Origin: Promethearchaeota archaeon
GTDB taxonomy: Archaea; Asgardarchaeota; Lokiarchaeia; Sigyniarchaeales; SOKP01
Assembly (NCBI GenBank): GCA_030606485.1
Contig: JAUWGH010000001.1
Span: 60,001-92,000 of the forward strand
Length of the DNA: 32,000 nt
Direction: 5' to 3'
A program made the translations under genes and the position numbers. A model generated the notes under the pieces. The model was given only the letters and a program-made list of their open reading frames with translations. It was not told the DNA's origin and ran no database searches. Position 1 is the first letter of the stretch, and each line of letters begins with the position of its first letter. Shown here piece by piece: positions 18,882 through 25,985 of this stretch.

Positions 18882-18935
18882 TTTTATCTTGTTTATTTAT
18901 TATACTAAATTGACTTAGAACTAAAATAAAATGAG

Positions 18936-18956
18936 GATATATAAAGAAAAAAATGA
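18936..18956. promoter_or_regulatory. TATA-containing motif GATATATAAAG-A7-TGA, copy 1
   Basis: Near-identical copy at 19772-19791; lies about 55 bp upstream of the 18881 start. Confidence 0.35.
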
Positions 18957-18980
18957 GAAAATGGGTGATTATAATACGAT

Positions 18981-19148
18981 ATATTGATAAATAGGAGGAT
19001 AAAGCAAAAGTTTCTAGTGTTTCTCCGCCCATCAACAAATAGGGGGAGGAGGAGGGTAATAATAAGTGTAGAATCAATCTACACCAACCAAAAGACAAAA
19101 ATCCAGTATGGGGGGAGATGCAACTTTTGACTTTATCCTTACCAATAT
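18981..19148. ncRNA. Putative structured non-coding RNA or cis-regulatory element (strand unresolved)
   Basis: Nested inverted repeats: 18981-18990/19139-19148, 18997-19004/19131-19138, 19005-19012/19122-19129 and 19022-19032/19108-19118. Inner hairpin 19066-19072/19078-19084. Locally GC-enriched, with no convincing ORF. Confidence 0.55.
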
Positions 19149-19221
19149 TATTTTAAAACTAACTATAAAAAGATTACCATTCCATTTTTTTGTTTAAAAA
19201 AGTACAATGAGATAATGAAAT

Positions 19222-19497
19222 TTAATAATTATCATTTAATACAGAACCCACTTGTATCGCTAGATAATTTAAGATAACATCGTAATCTTCAGGTGTTATC
19301 TCTTTGGTCTTAAGAACAAATTTTTTTATGCTATTAATACAGGAGAGTTGTGTTCTAATCTTTTCAGATTGGAATTTATTATGAAGAAAGGATTCTTGAT
19401 TCCTAATCTCACATATTAACTTATCTCTTAATTCCTCAAATTGTGGATTAACTGCAATATTTTCAATTCCCATGTTATTAATTCTAAAATTCATCAT
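19222..19497 (-). CDS. Hypothetical soluble helical protein
   Basis: 91-aa ORF; TTTAAATA box about 25 nt upstream of the ATG (leaderless-type promoter position). Confidence 0.6.
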   Translation of the reverse strand: MMNFRINNMGIENIAVNPQFEELRDKLICEIRNQESFLHNKFQSEKIRTQLSCINSIKKFVLKTKEITPEDYDVILNYLAIQVGSVLNDNY

Positions 19498-19624
19498 TAT
19501 AATTTCAGATTAAATTCTAATTATTTAAATAAAAAAGGACTGGAAAGATACTATAAAGAAAGAGATATAACAAAATAACTAAGACTATATTTTCATAGAA
19601 TAAAAAAAAATAAAAAGAATAGAC

Positions 19625-19702
19625 TTATCTTGCAAAGAAATATTCTATAAGGGCTTTTGTGAAACCATCCAGCCACTCATTATTAATCTCGGCCCATTTT
19701 AT
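19625..19702 (-). CDS. Putative 25-aa peptide (xKWAEINNEWLDGFTKALIEYFFAR) with non-canonical ATA start
   Basis: Perfect AGGAGGTGA RBS at 19709-19717, 6 nt before ATA. The only nearby ATG gives a 4-codon ORF. Confidence 0.35.
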   Translation of the reverse strand: MKWAEINNEWLDGFTKALIEYFFAR

Positions 19703-19771
19703 GATTTTTCACCTCCTACAATTTTATATTCAAAATTTGAAAAAATTGTATTGAATCATATTTTTAATAAA

Positions 19772-19791
19772 GATATATAAAGAAAAAATGA
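19772..19791. promoter_or_regulatory. TATA-containing motif GATATATAAAG-A6-TGA, copy 2
   Basis: Near-identical to 18936-18956; lies about 55 bp upstream of the RBS at 19709-19717. Confidence 0.35.
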
Positions 19792-20028
19792 AGACCAAGA
19801 GAGATTAAATTGAATAAAACTCACTTTCTCTCTAAAAAAGCAATTGTTTTATATCAATTGGGACAATATTATTATGAATTATGCAATTTTAGTTTATTTC
19901 CGATATGATTCCACTCTAGTTCTATATTTAAAGAAAGAAAATAATTGTTGAAAGATTTTTTTCTCTTTAAATAGATTTATTTTAAGAAGAGTATAGCAAT
20001 TAATTTTCTATAAAAATCGGAATTTATT

Positions 20029-21057
20029 ATGAGTAAAATCAATCGAGAGAAAAAAAATAATAAATGGAATACATCACAAAATGAAGAAGTAAAAAGATAT
20101 TATTTATTGGGTAATAAATTTCTTGAACAAAGAAATTTCCAAGAAGCAATAATCTATTATAAAAAAGCATTAGAAATTGATCCCCAAGATATCTCAACTC
20201 TTGCTAATTTAGGTCGAGCATATCATCATCAGTCTGTTCTTCAATCATCAACTAAAGATCTGAGTTTATTGGACAATTCTGAAGCTTGTTATCTAGAAGC
20301 AACGAAAATAGATCCCAATTTCTGGTTATCATACTTCACTTTGGGAGTAATTAAAATTGAACGGAAAGAATTTTTAAAAGCACTAATATATCATCTGAAA
20401 TTTCTTACTGTCTATGAAAAAGCGAAAGTAAAAAACTTCAAAATGTATAATCATGCAACCAATTATATTGTAGAATCCATTAAAAAAGGAAAGATTTCTG
20501 TAGAATATTACAAAAAATTATTAAATATCTCAATTTCTAAAGAAATATGGACACTATTGGGATACGGTTTGCTACATAATCAATTATATGAATACTCCGA
20601 AGAATGCTTTCTTAAAGTAATCGAAAAACACCCGGATTATTCTAGTGGATATATTGATTTGGGAAATGTGTATATGGAAATGATTAAAAATATTCCCGAT
20701 TATTGTCCTGATTTGAATAAAATAAAAAAATATCTTAAAAAAGCAGTTGAACTTGACACTAATAATGAAATTGCTTGGAATAATTTGGGAACATATTATA
20801 CATTTGTTGATTACTATGAAAAAGCAAAATTGTGCTATAAAACAGCAATTAAACTCAAAAATGATTACAAAATATCATGGTATAGTCTTGCAAGTATTCT
20901 GGTCAAGAAGGGTTTATATAAAGAAGCAATAAAATATCTAAAAAAGGTCATTCAAATCGACCCAAATTATACTCCTGCTAAAAAAGCGTTAGATCTACTT
21001 AAAAATAATACCAACGAACAATTATCCAAAAAAAGAATAGAACTGAAAATAATATAA
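20029..21057 (+). CDS. Tetratricopeptide-repeat protein
   Basis: Repeated TPR motifs (YYKKALEIDPQD, LANLG, AWNNLG, KVIQIDPNY). Confidence 0.9.
   Translation: MSKINREKKNNKWNTSQNEEVKRYYLLGNKFLEQRNFQEAIIYYKKALEIDPQDISTLANLGRAYHHQSVLQSSTKDLSLLDNSEACYLEATKIDPNFWLSYFTLGVIKIERKEFLKALIYHLKFLTVYEKAKVKNFKMYNHATNYIVESIKKGKISVEYYKKLLNISISKEIWTLLGYGLLHNQLYEYSEECFLKVIEKHPDYSSGYIDLGNVYMEMIKNIPDYCPDLNKIKKYLKKAVELDTNNEIAWNNLGTYYTFVDYYEKAKLCYKTAIKLKNDYKISWYSLASILVKKGLYKEAIKYLKKVIQIDPNYTPAKKALDLLKNNTNEQLSKKRIELKII
20447..21057 (+). repeat. 611-bp direct repeat, copy 1 (3' part of TPR gene)
   Basis: Colinear without indels with 23217-23827; 165 of 202 aa identical by manual count. Confidence 0.92.
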
Positions 21058-21389
21058 TGCATTCTCTTTATTAATACATTTATCCATTTTTAAATTAATT
21101 AGAATAGGGAAATTGTTGGTTAAAATTATAATCATTGATTTCTATATTTCTTAAAATAATAAAATATTTCAAGTCGACATAAGAAAAATTAATTCTTTTA
21201 GAATGTGCAAGCGAAAAGTCTTAAAAGAAATAATTTTGGTCGTCTATAAACAACATTCTTATCTAATTATTTAATTTTCATTGTAATTTAAAATTAAGTA
21301 TAAAATATTAAGTATACATATACACTCCACTCAACCACACATACTATAAAAAAAAGAATATAAACTCTTTTCAGGTAATAGATTGATGA

Positions 21390-22172
21390 TTATTTAATTC
21401 TGGTAGGTTTCTTTTCTGATCTAACTTTTATGGGGTTTGAACGAACTTCTGAAAGGATCATTATAATATTGTTCAGCAACCCCTCAATCGTGTTGGATAT
21501 TTCAGCTTTTGGACGAATTTCTCTTGCGGGTTTGGTGAATTTTTTGAGTCGATCCCAACTATATGCTGCATAAAACGCCACAGGAAGTGTTTTAATAATG
21601 AGATCTTTGTGATTACGGAGCTTAACTATGAAATTTACTCCCTCGTGTATTTGTATTCCATTATTTAGCTTATAACTCGTACCTTTTCTCTGTACATCTG
21701 AGATAATCATGTCAAAGTCGTTGTCTATATTAAGTATTTCTTCCGCCATTTCACTAGATATTACCATAACCACCTCAAGACCTAATTCCCTAAGTAATCG
21801 TCTTTCACCGATGAGGTTGTGTGGATTGTCATCTATCCAAAGAATGCGACTTCCTTTTATTAGTTCGATCTCTGATGCTTTACTTAAAAGCATTTCCTTT
21901 AATTGTTTGTTTTCCATTCGATCTAGATCTAAACCTTTTAAAGCTCTTTCAGCCTGTTTTTTATTCAATGATAGTTCTATTCCTCCCGCTTTAATAGATT
22001 CTAACCTCTCCCATGGTAAGATAAGAATAGCAACGGCTGAAGCTAATAAAAATAGGAAAATAGGATCTATTTTTTCACCAAGTGTGTCAAAAAAAATAAA
22101 TCGGATAATTGCAAGTAGTATAACACTTATAGAGAGTAAGATTTTTACGATTGGAGGTTTAATATTTTTCAT
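21390..22172 (-). CDS. Membrane-anchored (2 TM) response-regulator receiver-domain protein, atypical
   Basis: Two N-terminal TMs; RILWIDDNP acidic pocket; FDMIISD phosphoacceptor; no output domain. Confidence 0.8.
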   Translation of the reverse strand: MKNIKPPIVKILLSISVILLAIIRFIFFDTLGEKIDPIFLFLLASAVAILILPWERLESIKAGGIELSLNKKQAERALKGLDLDRMENKQLKEMLLSKASEIELIKGSRILWIDDNPHNLIGERRLLRELGLEVVMVISSEMAEEILNIDNDFDMIISDVQRKGTSYKLNNGIQIHEGVNFIVKLRNHKDLIIKTLPVAFYAAYSWDRLKKFTKPAREIRPKAEISNTIEGLLNNIIMILSEVRSNPIKVRSEKKPTRIK

Positions 22173-22303
22173 AAAATCACTTTTTATAATTTATTTTAAA
22201 ATTTTTTGGATTATAATTGAGATTTATCGCTACTCGTTATTAGAGAGACCAATTAGTAAATCATTTAGGAAAAAAAAAATATAAATTAAATTTTCATTAA
22301 TAA

Positions 22304-22801
22304 TTATCTGGGTTTTGGCTTGACTATTGGTTCAATAGATATAGTACTGTTATTAACTATTTGGTTATATTTATTGATAAATGCAATCATTGCTGCAGCA
22401 GAAATTTTATTATCATAACTAGCTCCAAATGCACCGATTCCATTGATTAACTCATTAAAATCTTTATATGTATTATACTCTTTATAAATATAGAAATTAT
22501 ATATTGAAATCAATATCATCAAAACTATGCTTATTATTGATAAAAACAGATCATAAGAGGCTTCAGGTAATAGAATCTTAAATAAAAGACTTGCAATAAC
22601 AATTGGAATTAAATAATTTAAAATTAAAATAATAAGAGAAAGCCCTTTAAATAAGTCACGTTTTTTTGCTATTTTTTCTTGATATTCAATTAATTCTTGG
22701 TTACTTGGTTTTCTACCATTTTTATATCTAAAGTGAAGAAAATATATTTTGTCTATAAAGCTATCACAATCATATACATTATCAGTACTCATATTATTCA
22801 T
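22304..22801 (-). CDS. Hypothetical two-TM membrane protein
   Basis: 165-aa ORF with two hydrophobic segments; GAGG RBS-like sequence upstream. Confidence 0.7.
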   Translation of the reverse strand: MNNMSTDNVYDCDSFIDKIYFLHFRYKNGRKPSNQELIEYQEKIAKKRDLFKGLSLIILILNYLIPIVIASLLFKILLPEASYDLFLSIISIVLMILISIYNFYIYKEYNTYKDFNELINGIGAFGASYDNKISAAAMIAFINKYNQIVNNSTISIEPIVKPKPR

Positions 22802-22812
22802 TTTCCTCTTTC

Positions 22813-22953
22813 TTATTTTTTAGATTGATAGAATATATTCGAAAATTCGAATATATCTTCCTCTTCCTTTTCCTCTTCAAGCTTTTTCTTGATCGTAAAT
22901 TCAATTTTTTCTTTTTTCTCCTTATCATTACTTTCTTTATTATTTGAATTCAT
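22813..22953 (-). CDS. Putative 46-aa charged small protein (MNSNNKESNDKEKKEKIEF...FYQSKK)
   Basis: ATG-initiated ORF ending 11 nt before the 22801 start; below the track length cutoff. Confidence 0.35.
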   Translation of the reverse strand: MNSNNKESNDKEKKEKIEFTIKKKLEEEKEEEDIFEFSNIFYQSKK

Positions 22954-23170
22954 TTTTTCTAGCTCTTTTCCTTTTTTTTTTTTTTGATTTTTTTTTTTAA
23001 AATCGAGAATTTATATCTTTTATTTACTTTTACTAGAGAATTTCTATTATTTAACATAGAAGTTAAATATCTTAATAAATCTAATTATTATTTTCTACTC
23101 CATTCTTATCCAAATTATATATAGAAAATGGAGATTGGCGTAGAAATAGGAAAAATCTAACTCAATCAAC

Positions 23171-23827
23171 GTGATGAATACTTTAGAAATTATGAAGGAG
23201 GACAAACATCTTTCCGATAATCATGCAATTGACTATATTGTAGAGTCTATAAAAAAAGGAAAGATTTCTGTAGAATCATTCAAGAAATTATTAAATATCT
23301 CAATTTCTAGAGAAATATGGTCACTATTGGGTTATGGCTTCTTACATAATCAATTATATGAATCTGCCGAATTATGCTTTCTTAAAGTAATCGAAAAACA
23401 TCCAGATTATTCTAATGGATATATTGATTTGGGAAATGTGTATATGGAGATGATTAAAAATATTCCAGATTATTGTCCTGATTTGAATATAATTGAAAAA
23501 TTTCTTGAAAAAGCCGTCGAGCTTGACACCAACAATGAAATTGCATGGAATAATCTGGGAACATATTATACATTTATTGATGATTTTGAAAAAGCGAAAT
23601 TTTGCTATGAAACATCAATTAAACTTAAAAATTATCACATAACACTATGGTATAGTCTATCAAGTATCTATGTCAAAAAGGGTCTATATAAAGAGTCAAT
23701 AAAATGCCTAAAAAAAGTTGTTCCAATTGATCCAAATTATACCCCTGCTAAAGAAGCGTTGGACATACTTAAGAATAATACTAAGGAACAATTATCCAAG
23801 AAAAGAATTGAATTAAGAATAAATTAA
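23171..23827 (+). CDS. TPR protein, N-terminally truncated paralog of 20029-21057
   Basis: After 15 unrelated residues it matches the last 202 aa of the first TPR gene. Confidence 0.85.
   Translation: MMNTLEIMKEDKHLSDNHAIDYIVESIKKGKISVESFKKLLNISISREIWSLLGYGFLHNQLYESAELCFLKVIEKHPDYSNGYIDLGNVYMEMIKNIPDYCPDLNIIEKFLEKAVELDTNNEIAWNNLGTYYTFIDDFEKAKFCYETSIKLKNYHITLWYSLSSIYVKKGLYKESIKCLKKVVPIDPNYTPAKEALDILKNNTKEQLSKKRIELRIN
23217..23827 (+). repeat. 611-bp direct repeat, copy 2
   Basis: Matches 20447-21057, starting ATAATCATGCAA in both copies. Confidence 0.92.
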
Positions 23828-23828
23828 A

Positions 23829-24095
23829 TCAATCAGTTAAACTTACCAAGAATTTACAATTCTTGCAATATATAAAAGGACTATGAACCTTCAATTGCAG
23901 CGGACTTTCACACATGGGACTAAGATTCCTTCTTTTTGGAATAAGACTCACAATAAACTTACACTCGCTGCAATAAATGAAGGGTTTCTGAATCTTTATT
24001 TTGAATGGTCTCCCACAATCAGGACATTTGGCTTTATAATCTTCAAAAAGAGTATTGATCTTTTCAATATTGCTAATATTCTTTTGTATAATGAT
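23829..24095 (-). CDS. Tandem zinc-ribbon protein (not in ORF track; no ATG/GTG/TTG start)
   Basis: Manual translation: IIIQKNISNIEKINTLFEDYKAKCPDCGRPFKIKIQKPFIYCSECKFIVSLIPKRRNLSPMCESPLQLKVHSPFIYCKNCKFLVSLTD*. Its stop lies 1 nt from the convergent TPR stop. Confidence 0.7.
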   Translation of the reverse strand: MIIQKNISNIEKINTLFEDYKAKCPDCGRPFKIKIQKPFIYCSECKFIVSLIPKRRNLSPMCESPLQLKVHSPFIYCKNCKFLVSLTD

Positions 24096-24169
24096 TTATT
24101 AAAAATTTTTAATGTTATTAAATTATTGATTTTAATTTATAAGATAAACAAGAAAGTTTGTTATTAATC

Positions 24170-25255
24170 TTATGAGCGAAAGATTAAAGATTTAAACTTA
24201 TTATCTATATAATCATTTATTTCTGCATCTAAACCTAGTCTAGAAAGCTCTACAAGCTCAATAATATCATCATCGCTAAGAAATATAATATATTTATCAT
24301 CGTCTAAATAACTTTGACATCTTTCAAGTATAATCTTTTTATTTTTTACTTTTCTAAATACTAAAATGCCAAAATTGCCCACCTTTTTATTTAATCTACT
24401 AGCAAGTTGATCAAATTCTGGATTTTCTGGATCATAGCTATAATTCTTAGCTTCCATTATGACGTAATTACATATTATAATGTTATTCTTTTCGGGAAGA
24501 TTTTTAAAAAATCCTGTTTGAGCAGAATTAGTATAGATTGTATCAATATATTTCCTACCTTTGTGAATTCCTCTTTCAAATTCCATATTTCTAAAAGATT
24601 TTCTAAAAATGTATGCGATAATCTTTGAAATTAATTTATGATACTTATGTGCTTCCTTTTCTCCTGGTTTAATTTCTAATAAAAGATTTAAATTTCTTAA
24701 AATTTCAGGAATTATTTTTTTCGAAAAAAGAAGATTCCAAATTTTTTCTATATCTTTCTCACTAAATATACATGGTTTCCATTTTCTTAATTCTTTAATA
24801 ATTTCTTTTTTTAAATTATATTTTCCCTCATTGATTAATTGAAGCATAGATGCAGTTAGTTCTATTGATTTTAACTCCTTCAATTCATTATTAAATAAAT
24901 CTTCTGTTTTACATATTGCCATACCTTCTTCTGAATTTAATCTTAGGCTATATCCCTTTCTATTGAAATAATTTTCAATCTTTTCCTTATTTGCAATAAT
25001 CCTATTTTTATTATAATAATTTTCAATATTGATAAAATTTTTTTTTTCAAAGAAAACTATTTCATTCTCTAACTCGAAACTATAGGGACCAAATTCATGT
25101 CTTTGAAAGTTATAATTTAAATTTTTTATACCAAAATATTTAAGAATGAAAATAGTCTTCTGAAAAATGAATTTTCCCTTTATTTCTTCTATATTATACA
25201 AAATTTTAAGAAGTTCAAGCCTTTTTTGCCATAGATTATGCGAGAAATCATGCAT
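24170..25255 (-). CDS. Fusion of SocA/Panacea(YwgA)-like N-terminal domain and Mrr-like PD-(D/E)xK endonuclease
   Basis: N-terminal FQKTIF..YNF...FGPYSFEL and IELTAS; C-terminal GRKYIDT...IMEAKNY..FDQL..GILV. Confidence 0.7.
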   Translation of the reverse strand: MHDFSHNLWQKRLELLKILYNIEEIKGKFIFQKTIFILKYFGIKNLNYNFQRHEFGPYSFELENEIVFFEKKNFINIENYYNKNRIIANKEKIENYFNRKGYSLRLNSEEGMAICKTEDLFNNELKELKSIELTASMLQLINEGKYNLKKEIIKELRKWKPCIFSEKDIEKIWNLLFSKKIIPEILRNLNLLLEIKPGEKEAHKYHKLISKIIAYIFRKSFRNMEFERGIHKGRKYIDTIYTNSAQTGFFKNLPEKNNIIICNYVIMEAKNYSYDPENPEFDQLASRLNKKVGNFGILVFRKVKNKKIILERCQSYLDDDKYIIFLSDDDIIELVELSRLGLDAEINDYIDNKFKSLIFRS

Positions 25256-25787
25256 GAAATGAATTTTTTTTTTTATTAAATACTATAAAATTTTATTTTT
25301 TAAGATCGATAATTTCTCAAATATTTAAATATCAAGAGAGTGGAATGATTTTCTAAATATTAATTCACTATCTTATAATTGAGTCATCTATTTTAAAATA
25401 ATAAATCCAGCTATTGATAAATATATATCCCGAATTCAACGAAATTCTCTCAAATCCATATTTTTAAGCTAAAAAGAATAATATAGGGTTCCTAAATATT
25501 TATTAGAATAAAAAAAAATAGAATCATTATATTATTGAGAGTGAAAGGAGACTATGATTGTTTTTTATAATATTTCTCAAAGATGTAATGTTATCATATA
25601 TATTTGAATGTATTCTACTTTTATGATTATTAAATATAATATTTGATAAAAATTTGTTATTGAGATTAATACTAAATATTTAAATCTCTAAATAATTAAT
25701 ATTTTAATAGTAAAAACTGTTGTGATATTAATCCAATTGTAATTGAAATATTTAAGATTTAAGAATATTAAAGGAAGAATAATTCAT

Positions 25788-25985
25788 ATGGGACCTATAA
25801 AAAGACTTGCAAAAATTAAATTCAGAGGTCATAGAATGCATCAAATAGGTAGTAAATTCCGTGTAAAATATCTTTTAATACCTTTTGTATTAATTAATAT
25901 TGTAGTTTTAGGGATTATTTTTTGGTATATAGAAAAATTATTCATTAAAGGTGTGGTTTTATTTGGGAGGACCAGAAGCAATTAG
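25788..25985 (+). CDS. Possible small single-TM protein
   Basis: Basic N-terminus and one hydrophobic segment; overlaps the NACHT gene start by 23 nt; may be spurious. Confidence 0.25.
   Translation: MGPIKRLAKIKFRGHRMHQIGSKFRVKYLLIPFVLINIVVLGIIFWYIEKLFIKGVVLFGRTRSN

Noticed and set aside
19063-19084. TAAGTGTAGA...TCTACAC resembles a Cas12a direct repeat
   Set aside because: The stem arms are in the opposite order to the Cas12a repeat, there is a single copy, and there are no spacers or cas genes.
18754-19098. 114-aa minus-strand track ORF
   Set aside because: It overlaps the 18609-18881 gene in another frame, runs through the structured element, has no RBS, and its composition reflects the C/T tracts.
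22833-22856. 11-bp perfect inverted repeat ATATATTCGAA-aa-TTCGAATATAT
   Set aside because: It is AT-rich, roughly expected by chance once in a window of this size and composition, and lies within a putative small ORF.
20447-23827. TPR repeat pair as the template/variable repeats of a diversity-generating retroelement
   Set aside because: Many mismatches are at non-adenine positions and are synonymous (TCC/TCT, CAC/CAT, CCG/CCA), both copies are coding, and there is no reverse transcriptase in the window.
23883-24167. 94-aa plus-strand track ORF
   Set aside because: It is the antisense shadow of the zinc-ribbon gene on the minus strand.
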